From Daphnia carinata (Eukaryota), in the NCBI RefSeq assembly GCF_022539665.2, contig NC_081331.1, positions 5,518,001 through 5,582,000 of the forward strand: DNA of 64,000 bases, read 5' to 3'. Under the pieces are notes generated by a model that was not told the DNA's origin, did not search any database, and worked only from the letters and a program-made list of their open reading frames with translations. Made by a program: the position numbers and the translations under genes. Shown one piece after another: positions 35,444-47,464 of the stretch (positions are counted from its first letter, which is position 1; each line of letters starts with the position of its first letter).

Positions 35444-37862
35444 TTAATCCTCGTTCAGCGTCTCCGAGATGCGGCTGAAGATAGGCAGCCGGAGAGCTCG
35501 AGAAGTATCCATGGGGCTTGATATTGATGGAGGAGGGCTAGCGCTGTTGCTGCTGCTACCCAGACTCAGAGAATCCAGATCAGAAGCCAAAGAACCCACC
35601 GGAGAAGGTGAATCAAGTTCCGGAATAAACTTGCTGCTTCCAGTAGAAACAACTGGACGTTTCAAATTATTATTATTATTATTATTATTGTTGTTGTTGT
35701 TGTTATTGTTGTTCATAAATCCAGACGAATAAGTGTTGCCTTTGGCGGATGAAAAGAGCGGCGATACGAAATCGGTTGATGCGCCAAAAAGGAATGCGGA
35801 CGCATTTCCCAATCCAGACGAAGACTGAGGGGCCATGGGCGAAAATGGGTTACCCGGAAACATGTCGTCCGAGAAGAAAGTGCTCATTGAAGTTGGCGAT
35901 TCGCTCAACGACGATGGAGGCGATGGGGAATCAGCAGTCGATCCGTTGCCACCCATTCCACCAGCCGGAAGAGTGAATTTACCGCGATGCATGTTGTTAT
36001 TCTTGACAGCCGGAGGCGGCGGCGAATTGTTGCGGGCCTCGTCGGCGTTGTGTACGAAATGGCAGCGTGGTCCGTAGGGACAGAAGCCGATGGTATGGAA
36101 AGTGCGGCACAGTTCCGTCTTGTATTTCGGGTGGCGGATGAGACTGCGCAGTTCGTGAAATCCGTGAGCAAATTGGCATTTGTCGCCGTATTTGCACGTT
36201 CCATTCTCTTCGTATGGTCGGCAAAGTTCCGTCTTGTAACGACTCGAATTCGATTGTTGTTGATTTTGTTGTTGCTGTTGAGCCAATTGTTGCGATCGAT
36301 CAACCACCGGCTCGCTGTGGCTCCTGTCCAGTTTACGATGACCACGATGCAATTGCATCATCAACGATGAATGATTGTGTTGTTGCAATTGATTGGTCAA
36401 CAGAGAAGATAACGATGATAGCGAATCAGCTCCAAACAAGCTGCCCTCATCAGAATCTGGGCTGCCTGGAGGATTAGAACGGCGACGACTCAATGGCCTG
36501 TGAGCGCCAACAGCTTTCGGGTCAATTTGATGATTCATGTTGTTGGTCTGTTTCATTTCAAAAAAATAAGACAGAAAAATGACGATAAATATTCTGGCAT
36601 TTTTCTTTTTTATCATACATCCTTGGATACTACAAGGTCTTTCCCGATAATGTTTTTGTTCCAAAAAAATTAAAAATCTGCAAACACATCGAGGTCATGC
36701 TCATCGAATTCCGGGTATACAAAGTTTTCTCCAGTTTTTGAGACCTCAAAGAATAAAAACAAAAAAAAAAAATTGAAGACAGGAAAACTTACGGATGACG
36801 CATCTACAGAACGAGTCGGTTGTGGGACAAAGCTCACTGGCACGGAATAACTACGAGATAATGTGGACGGCATTTCGAGAAAAAAAAATGTGTTTTCGAT
36901 TATCCGGCGAGTGAAGCACAACACGTCCAGCACGGAAGCTGGAAGGCGACTGAAGAATGGAGAGAGCTCTAACGTCCGTCCAAGTCTTTTCCAAGTCAGA
37001 GTTAGAAAGTATACGAAGAAGAAGCCCAGGTAGGAAATTGCGCGACTCCCCTCCACTGGAGAAAAAAAGAGGGCGGAGTGGACGATAGACATCCTCCTCT
37101 CTCCGGCAACAAGTAGGTCAGTAGGCCTCCCTTCCTCATTTTCCCTTTGTCCAACATTTTCTCTTTTTCTCTCTTTCTCCCTACAGCTAGTAGAAAGTTG
37201 ACTTAATTGAATCAACGAAAAAGAAAGAAAAAAGATGATCCGCACGCGAAAGTGTCGCAATGGCTTCTTCATACACGTGCACCTCGTGTCCGGAAGTTTT
37301 TCTCCCTTTGCCTTCAATCATCACGTGGACAATTGGATGAACAAAAAAAAAATGGACGACGCATAGTCACAAAATGTTACGAAACGGTAGTATGCACTCG
37401 ACAACAAAACTTATCATCTGATGTGGCGCAAGTCTCGAGAGATAAAAAGAAAACAGGGAGACTTTTTTTGTAGTACGAATGGGAGAAAATAAAAAAAAAA
37501 TATAGACACAAGAGCCGGTTCAAGAGTGGGTCTCGGGTGCAGGTAGGTCACCAGGTTAGTGGTTGAAAAACCGGTGAAAGAATTCCCTGAAACTTTCTCC
37601 TCGTCATCTCTTTTCTCTCTCTTGGCACTATGACATTAACTATTCAACACACATGCATCGACTTTTCTTTAAAAAAAAAAGCAGATAATCATCAAAAACT
37701 GGACGGGAGGGGTTAAAATCAAAATCTATCATGGCCGCTGGTCACGAACGACCTTGATTTTCTGTGAATCACACAAACTCGAGGGGAAGGGGGTAGAAAA
37801 ATAAGAGAAGTGAAATAATCTTTTACCTGATAATCGTTGAGTGATCTCGCTAATACCGACAT
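35444..37862 (-). CDS. Tis11: Tis11/ZFP36 tandem CCCH zinc-finger mRNA decay activator; exons 37827-37862 and 35444-36547
   Basis: RYKTELC..C..C..H and KYKTELC..C..C..H fingers; C-terminal CNOT1-binding RLPIFSRIS; first exon [12 protein letters not shown] ends phase 0 at a GTAAAA donor and joins the CAG acceptor before TNNMNHQ. Confidence 0.95.
35666..35713. repeat. (AAT/AAC)n coding microsatellite encoding poly-Asn in Tis11
   Basis: ttattatta...ttgttgttg on the + strand; run of ~16 Asn in the ORF. Confidence 0.9.
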
Positions 37863-40800
37863 GTTTTTCAGCGTCGAAAATCCACACTAATTATTGTTCA
37901 ATTGGGCACCGTTGTGGTAAATGTTCGAGAAACTGTTACGATGGGTTTAAAAATCCAATTTCGGACTGCTAGTCTCAAACAGGCGAGACGTAATAATGCA
38001 AACGCACCGACAGAAAAAAGTATGGCAAGTGAGAGTGAAGAAGACTGGCGTACGAATGATAGGAAAAGAACCCACTGGCCCAGTCTTTATGGTGTCCTAC
38101 GGTTGGATAGTACAGTGCTGCTACCGCCGCTCTGCTCTGTCTCTCTGTGGTTTCTGTCTACACTCGCTGAATATCGCCCTCCAAAGTCCTTGAAAAAAAA
38201 TTAAAACAAGGAAACCACCAATGAGAGAAGGCTCAGGAGGCGGGACGGATCTGACGTCACGCTACCCGACTGTGACGAAAGCGAAAGTTTTCAAACACCA
38301 GGGCGGCGCTACTCATCACTTCCCCGTTTCTCCCGCGCGCGTTGCCTTCACACGTAACGTACCACCCCGATGGCGATCGAAAGCACACGACAACTAGAAA
38401 CACGAGGAGCTGGAAAAAACGCTTCAACGCTAAAACCACCGAAAACGTGATTTTTGTATCACGAACAATGAAAATTCAATAAGCCATGAGGAAGCTATAC
38501 GGCCGGTATGCTCAATGAGCTAACTTACAAGATGGACGTCAGTCACGTGGACTCTGTTGAATAGATTATCACAAACGAGAGTAGAAAAAAAGAAATAAAA
38601 ACAGATTTTTGTAAAAAGTTTGGCCGTTTCCGGTGCAAAGGAGATTGTTCGTTATCGACGTTGTTTGTTTCTTACTTTTTCATTTCGTCTTCATAGTTTT
38701 CTTATTTATTTTAATTGGGGAGGACAAGGTTTTTTATTTTCGACATAACGTCGTTTTACGTCGTTTTTTTAAACCCCAATCCCCAAATGAAAACGTTTTC
38801 AGTCTAATGTGACCTTGCCCGCAGGTCAATGTTGGTACATTTTCAAAGATAAGCTTTAGTTGATAATAGCAAGTAAGTATGTATTTCTTTTTTTTTTTTT
38901 ATTTTCAGTCATTGGAGAAGATGTGAGTTTTTTTCGATGGTGGCGCCGGACGGTCAGCGTACTTTGATCTTTTCCCAGCTCAGCTGCTTTTCTTTTTCAA
39001 AAATAATTAATAGAAAACAAGACTAGGGAGAAAAGAAGAAGAAAACGTACTGAGGCGGGTGAGAGTCGTCGTCGTTAGGCAGAGAGAGTTGTGGGCTTCT
39101 TTCTCCTCTCTTTCTCTCAAGAAAGTTCTTGTTTTCTATTTCAAAAAGAGGAAAATGATGGGCTTTCTAGGCTTCTTCATTTTGTGTTCATTTTTTTTCA
39201 AATCCATTCTCTCCGCTTTGAGACATGCATCACATGACGTCATGCAGCGGCACCTGTTGCCCATTCGGCCGCCATGATGTGCCTCGATGACGTCATCCAA
39301 CAATGTTGTTTACAATAGTCTTTTTTTTTCTTGAATAATTCATGATTCAACGCTAGTTGTAAACAAAATCCCCCACATTTCGCCATTTTGAATATCGTCC
39401 GGAAACTGAGTCAACGAATAATTTCATTCGTTATTTTTTTCCCCACAAAGTATGCATTGATTAATATACAGAAAAACAGCCTATCTAAATATTAACAACA
39501 CGCTTTCCCTTTTGTCGTTCGGAAAAAGAACAAATTTGCCTTTTTTTTCCCGCCCCAAATTCTTCCTGTAACTTTCTCCAATAAGCCTCATGAGGAAAAC
39601 GAAACACTTTTCGTTCAAAAGCTTTACTTAGCAACGACAAGGACCCGCATTATTGTTTTCTGCGTGTGCATGTGTGTGTCTTTTTCTCCATTTGTTTGGT
39701 TGTTGCTTTGAATCGATCCCGGAAGTTCTTTCGATTTTCATTATACGGCGTTATGACGGCCAGACGGAAGTTTTTTGGCTCAAGCGTCATATGGCCTTGA
39801 ATTCAAGAGAAAAACGATGCAAGTTTGCGTTTCCTTTTTTCTGTTTGCAACCTCGTCTCGTGTGTGTTGATTCCTGGACTTGTGCCCTCTCTTTTTTTCA
39901 AAACAACCTTGGCCATTTGTACTTTTCGCACAAAACGTTTTTCTCAGTTCCGTTTGATGTAATGATAGATGTCTAGGTGATTTCCCGTCAACGAATTAAC
40001 GTCTGTCAAAGCTTTCTTCCACTGTGAAATGTAGGTTAGATGCCACAGAGAAAGAGACTATTCGTATAATGGACTGACAACGTCTTTCTTTTGGTTACAT
40101 TCAGTACCATGGCTGTGTGTAAAGAGAGTCCAAAACAAACTTGAAACTATACCTGGAGGAGAGCAGAAGCTGCTGCGTTGCCACTTTGACTTCATACTTG
40201 GCGCCTAGCCAAATATGATGCACTTTCTCCGACCTAAATTTTTTTCTTTTTCGATTTTTCCGCCTCTAGGCCATTTACATGAGACGGGAAAGAAACAAAT
40301 CTCGAATCGAAAACATTATTTTACCTGAAAGACGATAGGAAAACAACGAAGCAGACGGGGGAAAGTTTTACGATCATTGAGTGTTGTATAATATCGCCAT
40401 CAGCTACAGGCCATGCTACTACGAGGCTATTATACCCTTTTTTAACGTAAAATAATGAAACATCCGGCTCGTTATTTCATTCACCCTCTCTCTCGGTTGT
40501 TGACGGTAATTTGACGCAATCAAGGAATTAACAAGAAACCAAAGGAGTGATGAACGCACTCCAGTCGTCAACGTGAGTCACGCGGGATAAAAAATTTTCG
40601 GCATTAGTTTTATTTTTCAGATATTTTTTTTTGTTAAGAACATAACTGACAAAAGGTAAAAATAAAAAGGAACTACCGCCTGAAGAGTGAAAATGAAGAA
40701 ATGGAATTTTTGTTGCGGTTGGAGGCGACAGTGGTTTTTTTGTTTCATTTATTTTCTGTCGGGAGAGAAAAGAAAGACCATAACAAAAACGGAGAAAGTC

Positions 40801-41361
40801 GTGAAAGTGCCGGAGAGAGCGCGCTTTTTCCTTTTTGCCCGTTTTTGTTGACCGAATTGCTACAATGAGATTCAATCGGTTTAAAAACTGGTTCGAACAT
40901 AACAGCATATAAGATTAGCTCGATTTTTTATTTTCCCCTGCTATAAACGATGACTTTGATGAGCTAGTTTCTCCAACTGGTTCTCTTTTTTCTTTCGGAT
41001 TTGTGACTAGACTGTTTATAGAGGTAGAGAACGTCTGAGCTCTTCTTCTCGGTGAACAAAAAAAAAGAAAGTTTTTTATATACTATTCCTCATTTGTTTT
41101 TATATATACATGTTAATGACGTCCAGCATCCGGTCCCCGTTTGCTTTTGCAACTGTTATTCCTCGACCATGCGACGCATTTATGTGTGGGGGAATAGCAC
41201 TAACGCCAACTAGGCGCCATTTTTACAAACATGTTTCTCAGTCGCGAAATAACTACAACTTTTTGGCACTCGGTTATTTGTTGATGTTGACTTAGTTGCC
41301 AACTTACAGCATGAATAGAAAATATTACAAATTTTTCGGTATGGAACGTAATCGGTGCTTT

Positions 41362-41559
41362 GCGCCATCTAGCGGCAATTTAACGAAAATTTACAAAATT
41401 AGCGATAAGATGCGAATGAAACTACCGTCGCCATCTACTGAATGAAACACAATCAAATTAAACGCCATCTAATGCTGGAAATAACACTATCTGTTCAAGA
41501 TTACGACTACGCCATCTAGGCACAATTAGAAGAAGGTTTCGGAACACGCCATCTAGGGG
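41362..41559 (-). promoter_or_regulatory. Cluster of five co-oriented CTCF-like motifs (CGCCATCTA core), putative insulator
   Basis: GCGCCATCTAGCGG 41362, CGCCATCTACTG 41429, CGCCATCTAATG 41463, CGCCATCTAGGC 41510 and CGCCATCTAGGGG 41547, with unrelated spacer sequence. Confidence 0.65.
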
Positions 41560-42430
41560 TACTTTCGAAAACGCTATATAGAGAAATTACTATTACCTGA
41601 GCTACGCTACTTCGTTAGTTACTGCATCGTCTACGTTATTTGAATATCTCTTACAAATTTTAAAGTTAAAATCAATTAATGTATGGCTATTTGGCACAAC
41701 CAGCAATCTGTTCAATTACCTTTACAAGGTACCTGATGTGTAGGGTTGTGTAACTGCTTGAAATATTTTTTTTACTTGGAAAATTGGCAATTTAAGTTCT
41801 GAATGGGTCGAATATCCTTCACGGAACCAACTGGCTACTTCACGATGGTGTAACATACATGAAAATAGAAATAGGGAAACGTTAATGAAGCAAACAAAAA
41901 AAATTTAATATTTACAGACAACTTTACCTGGTTAGTGCCCATGGTGTCGGTCGGTTAGATAGTGGAATTTAAATCGCATTTACACCCAACACCGATGCTT
42001 GCTTTGGAATCGCCGAAACTATTAGAACTAAACCGAATAAGGAAATTACTTTAAAAGAAATTTGTACATTAATTACATGTTTAGAATGATTCGCTCTTTT
42101 TGGCCGACTCAGAGATGGAAGAAAAGTCCTGTAAGCTATAATCGCAATTTCCAGGCTTCAGTATGGAAACCACTTACAATGTTATGACTTTCGTTCCTTT
42201 CCTAAATAACACATATAAGGCAAGGTAGTAGTTGCAAAAAGATTTACATAAAATAAAGAAATTTACTTTCTCTGGTACCTAATGGACAGGTGTCAGGAAG
42301 AGACGAAATTTGTTAACTGATTGCGGTTACGGCAATGCTGTTCAAATGTTCTCAGCTGTCGTCCTGTCAACAATAACAAAGAAAGGAGTTTAAAAAACCA
42401 GAATATTGGCTAAAAGTAGTGACTGAAGAT

Positions 42431-43255
42431 ATGGCTGAAACAAATTCGACTTTACACCAACCATGGACAAAAGTTCTATACCAACGCAGCACCTATCCGG
42501 ATAATTACACTGACCCCAAATTTTTGGAGGAAATAAAACATAACGTGCATTTTAAACCTGTAGATTCACGCACGGCTGTGTTGAAATCGACTAGAATATC
42601 TACGCAGATCAGCGTAACAGTTATTTTTTGGGCGGTTTTCCTCCAACTCAAGGAAGGCAATGGATCTTGGGAGCTGACATATGGAATGTTTTCTTGCCTC
42701 ATAGTTGCTGGCTATGTGATGTCTTTTCGCTTCAATAACATTTTACCTGTTATAAAAAATGTTCTCCTTTTCATAGCTATTGGGTATGGTTGTACACCTG
42801 TACTTAAAACTTTAACAGATACAATTAGTACAGATTCCATCTATGCAATGAGTGTAGTTCTTATGTTAGTGCACATTGGTTTTCATCAATACGGCATGGG
42901 TGGAGTATGTGTCTCTCCTTATGTTTCCCTCAATGCAGCCATTTGTGGGGCAATATGCCTTGCATCACGTCTCCAAGAAACAAGACATGCATTTGCACTG
43001 CTGGCTTTGGCTGTACAGGCATTTGCTTTATTCCCAGAATTGTATGAAGCCCTTAATCATACTCCAATTGCTTTCACAATTTTGACTGTTGGTGCCTTCT
43101 TTTGCATGGTTTCTATTTCTACCGTTTCAGCCTCACTATTTCTTGTATCCATATTTTGTGTAAACATAATTTTCCCATTGTGCTTTGTTTGGGCCCAACA
43201 GTATAAAAACAATATATATGGTCCATGGGATGAGGCCATGGTTTTCAACAGATGA
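42431..43255 (+). CDS. PIGC: GPI-GlcNAc transferase subunit C (PIG-C/GPI2), single exon
   Basis: WTKVLY...YPDNYTD..FL, TPVLKTLTDTISTDSIYA, SLNAAICGAICLASRL and QQYKNNIYGPWDEA. Confidence 0.95.
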   Translation: MAETNSTLHQPWTKVLYQRSTYPDNYTDPKFLEEIKHNVHFKPVDSRTAVLKSTRISTQISVTVIFWAVFLQLKEGNGSWELTYGMFSCLIVAGYVMSFRFNNILPVIKNVLLFIAIGYGCTPVLKTLTDTISTDSIYAMSVVLMLVHIGFHQYGMGGVCVSPYVSLNAAICGAICLASRLQETRHAFALLALAVQAFALFPELYEALNHTPIAFTILTVGAFFCMVSISTVSASLFLVSIFCVNIIFPLCFVWAQQYKNNIYGPWDEAMVFNR

Positions 43256-43703
43256 AAGCATAAAGTGTAACTTACCAATAATCTGTAATAAAACAAAAGT
43301 TTGTAAGTAAAGGATTCCATGATGCTATAAATCTTATTTAGTGGTTACTCCTACAGCCGGGTCATTATAAACGACATGAAAGATGATAATTTTGCCAGTG
43401 AATATACAACGCCAAAGCATGGCCAGATTCATGGAATCCAAAGTGTTGGTTCTATAACTCTGTTTCTGTAGCCTGTACTTTGCAGTAAGCATGGACGCAT
43501 GATTTTATAATTTTAAAATTATAGATCGTAGGATAATTAAAATCAATTGTCGCAAAAATAGAGCTATATTTTGTTGTCCTAGGGAATCAAACGTCCAAAT
43601 CAGAGTTTTTCAGGTTTCTTTTGGATTTTGAGACTGAATTGTTTAAATTTGGCATTTTTGTCAGAAGCTTAAGTTAAGGTGGCAACGTCGTCCGTTATTC
43701 ATG

Positions 43704-43715
43704 TTCTCTTTCTCA
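43704..43715 (+). promoter_or_regulatory. TCT/5'TOP polypyrimidine initiator of RpL15
   Basis: TTCTCTTTCTC followed by a short non-coding exon ending at a GTGAGC donor (~43760), as is typical of ribosomal protein genes. Confidence 0.6.
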
Positions 43716-44111
43716 TTGGACATCTTTGCTTAGGACTAGGACAATTGTGGAGCTGCCACGGTGAGCAATCTGTTTTTCATCAAACATCATCCTAGTTGTC
43801 TGTTAAGTTCTTTTTCAGTTAATGTAATTATAAAATTTAGCACATACAAACCAAAGTTTTAATGTAGATTTTTCTTTGGCTTGTTGTCGAGTATTGTGAA
43901 AAAAAATACCTTCTTTGCTGTAGTGGGACCGGCCATCCACGACTCGATTGTCAAATGACTATTTACGACGAAGCATTTATATCAGTCCTTTAATATTTAG
44001 CGGTAGAAGTAGTTTAAGACCCACTTTACTTGTTATTGGCAGTCTGTTTGAAGTTCGAAACTAATTTCACATGTTAAATTTTTAAATTGTAGGTTGTTTT
44101 TCTAGATCAAC

Positions 44112-45123
44112 ATGGGTGCATACAAGTATATGCAAGAGTTGTACCGCAAGAAGCAGAGCGATGTTATGCGTTTCTTGCTTCGCATGAGGTGTTGGCAGTA
44201 CCGCCAGCTTCACCGTGTGCACAGGGCACCCAGGTCCACCAGGCCTGACAAGGCTCGTCGCATGGGATACCGTGCCACTCAGGGTAAAGCTTCCATGTTC
44301 TTCAGTGATTATTTTCATATCTTTATAGTTAGGAAATATCAATGCACTGTTCTTACGTTAAGTGCAAAATGAAAAGGAGTAACCGAATCTAAACCTGACA
44401 AATGTTTGAGTTGTGCAAACTTTTAGTTCTTAAACATATTAAAAGGTCTCAAACACATGTAGGTTTCGTCATCTACCGCGTTCGAGTTCGTCGTGGTGGT
44501 CGCAAGCGCCCAGTTCCCAAGGGTTGCACCTATGGTAAACCCAAGGGCCATGGTGTCAACCACTTGAAACCCACTCGCAACCTTCAGGCTATTGCTGAAG
44601 TGTACATGATTTCTAAATGATAAATAACAATGACTTAACTCTGTTTTGGAATAGGAACGTGTCGGACGTCGTTGTGGTGGACTTCGCGTCCTCAACTCTT
44701 ACTGGGTCGGCCAAGATTCCACTTTCAAATTCTACGAAGTTATCCTCGTCGACACTGCCCACAAGGTAAAAGTTCTAACAAGCTCACATAACTACACTTT
44801 AAGATGATGATACTCCTTTTGAATGGTGAACAAAATGATAAGTATTCTTCCTTGGATGTCTGAAAATTGAAGAGTATTTCAGCTTCAGTTCGCAGTAGAT
44901 TCACGACTAACAAGTACCTTTCTCGTAGGCCGTCCGTCGCAACCCCAAGACACAATGGATTGTCAACCCTGTACACAAGCACCGTGAGCTTCGTGGATTG
45001 ACCTCAGCCGCCAAGAAGTCGCGAGGTTTGGGCAAGGGACACGGTTTCTGCCAGACAAATGGTGGATCTCGTCGTGCCACCTGGAAGAGGCGCAACACTC
45101 TTTCCCTCCTCCGCAAACGTTAA
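44112..45123 (+). CDS. RpL15: 60S ribosomal protein L15 (eL15), 4 coding exons
   Basis: [61 protein letters not shown] and [15 protein letters not shown] 45121-45123. Confidence 0.98.
44800..44867 (+). ncRNA. Intronic box C/D snoRNA, U14-like (guide for the 18S rRNA site equivalent to human Cm462/yeast Cm414)
   Basis: C box ATGATGA 44804-44810, C'-like ATGATA, D box CTGA 44860-44863 preceded by CTTCCTTGGATGT, the complement of conserved 18S ACAUCCAAGGAAG and the recalled U14 domain B. Confidence 0.82.
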
Positions 45124-46060
45124 ATGGAATCCAAGTGTTGTGGTTGTATCTTGCTCGAGTTGTGCGCTTGTTCAATACATCTACTTGACCAGCTCGCAAT
45201 CATTTGCAAAACTTTAATGCAGCACGCTGGAAAACTGGGCAGAAATCTAAGAATGTCAAAGAAAGGTTATCAAATAAGTAACAAACATTTCTTTTTTACT
45301 CTCTTATTGATAACAAAAATACACGTTTTCAACCGCCACTGGACGAAACCAATTATAAAAATTATTACGCATTGTCTTTCGTTTCAAATTTTCCATAAAG
45401 ATTAAGTCCAAAAAGCTCTGCAAAAAATTAGGCTGGCTCACGAAATCAACGAAAAAAAGGCTAGTTTCTTTTCCACCAATATTTGTTGAAAATAAAAAAA
45501 AAACTTTAAAAAACAAAGGTTATACCACTTCAGTGGAAAGCGTACATGAGATGACGGGGCGGAACTTTGTACAATATGGACAGCGCCATTTAGTCAACTT
45601 TAGTTATGCGGCTGAGGGAAGGGGAGATGAGAACCAAATAAGAAAGTTGAAGATAAGAACCCAATGCCATTTCACCAAAATAGCTGTGGAAGTTAAGAAA
45701 AACCGGAACCGTAAAATAGCCTTTTAAAGAGCATTGGACAATGGGTTCTTGTCTTGTGCGGCACTTTACGATGAATTTCACACTCATTCCATGCTGTTTC
45801 TTTTTTAATAAAGGAGAAATTCAAACGATCAATCATCAAAATGTTTTACAAATGGGGGAAACAATGAATATATCCGTTTTTCTATCTGAATAAACGGAAT
45901 GAATGCGAAATTCACCGAACGCTGCAGGCGGAGAATTGCACAAACAATTCATGAAGTTTGGGACTTTTCAAGGGAGGGGGGAGGGCAAATGTCTGGGAAC
46001 AACCAATTTCCCATGGAGAGTAAGACTGAAAGATACACTATCAAAAACTGAAAGAAAGGG

Positions 46061-46913
46061 TTAAGACTGATTAGTCAATTGGGTGACTCCCTTCTCTCGG
46101 CACTTGGCGCAGATGAATTCATCAGGGATGTTGGTCCTTCGGATCCTGGCACACGAAAGGTGAATCCATGTTAGGCAGTGACTGCACTCAATCATGGGCC
46201 GTCCAGCAAAAGGTTTACCACAATAACATGTCACAGTGTTGTAACCATCATCACCTTCACCATCATCTGAGTTGGCAAAATTCAATTAGAAATGTGCCTT
46301 TCAAAAGCTCTACACAATTTGCACTTACCTGAGTCGCTGTCTGAAGACACTTTTCTCTCTTCACCACTATTGGATGATGGAGTTTCTGACTTGGCGCTTT
46401 CAGAACCAGTACTCCCAATAGGACTATTTGCTTTAGATCTCAATTCCTAATATTCAACAACAATGTTTTGAAGAAATTCTGAGACTCTTACAAGATGTGT
46501 CACAGTACCTCATGTTTTAGCATTTCATAGTTTTCATGCTCTAATATAAACTTGCAGAAAAGGAGGAAATCTTCTGATGTTCTAGGTCTTTTCCCTGAAT
46601 GTGATGATGGAGGAGGCTGTTATGGAAAAAGACAATGAACACATTAGTTTCTTTTGTTACTAGAAACTTATTCTAGGCTTCTCAACAACACAATGTAACT
46701 TGTGGTTGCCAGTTATTACCTCATAGTCATCTTGTCGCGGAGATTTCCTTGTTCTTGGAGCTATACATAAAATAAACAGAAGAAGAATATCATTAACGAC
46801 AGACTTTAAACAGTGGCTTCTACGTCGACATATTTAGTGTCAACTGTGCAAAACGGCCATCTCGGTTCAGATTGAGGGATCGAAGGTTTACCTTTAAATA
46901 AAGTATCAGCCAT
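46061..46913 (-). CDS. PHD finger protein, PHF13/PHF23-like, 5 exons
   Basis: [18 protein letters not shown]-terminal motif and [48 protein letters not shown]; exons join in phase from ATG 46913. Confidence 0.88.
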
Positions 46914-47464
46914 ATTTCTCAATTATAAATTTTGTAATAGAACTATAGAACCGACCACAAAGGGCCAGAAATGACACAAATCAACTAGAATTTCGTTCAA
47001 ATGGCCTAAGCGACTGCTCGAGCAAGCTAGGCATAGCAACTTATAGTAGTCAAATATCTCTATTTCTTTAGAGTGGAGCTCACTCTCAGAGAGAGAGAGA
47101 CAAAAATGAGGGGAATGGAAAACGTTGCCAATTTGCTGCTTACTTGGCTCGAAGCTGAATGGGGATACGGAACATCCAAAACTCAGATTATTTTGTTTTG
47201 AAATCATATGCTTCTTAGCGGAAACCAAACATTCACCATAATTGATATAAATTACGATATTAGTTTTTATAAATAGGAATTCAACCTAATAACGTTTAAT
47301 GCAAATTCTTTGAAAGCAGCTGACAACTCCAGTCCTAATTGTTTGTATTCTATACCAGAGCAGCAGCTGATCTGTCGCAATTTATTCGTTCACCTTTTGT
47401 TGTTCTGTTGTTTTTTTCGTTTTGGTAAACTTTAGTTTAAAATTTGCCACAAACAGAGTTGAAA

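Noticed and set aside
41362..41559. CRISPR-like array or minisatellite
   Set aside because: Only a 9-nt core recurs at irregular spacing in a eukaryotic context; better explained as protein-binding sites
41590..41942. Small spliced gene on the minus strand (MGTNQ|...)
   Set aside because: Donor-like sites exist but I could not assemble a convincing reading frame; a divergent non-coding transcript cannot be excluded
42431..43255. PIG-C as a retrogene or horizontally acquired gene because it is intronless
   Set aside because: PIG-C coding regions are commonly single-exon in animals; no poly(A) tail or TSD seen
44290..44400. Second C/D snoRNA in an RpL15 intron (GTGATTA...CTGA)
   Set aside because: Imperfect C box and no guide I could match to rRNA; the 10-nt complementarity to the U14-like RNA (AAAAGGAGTA) could be chance
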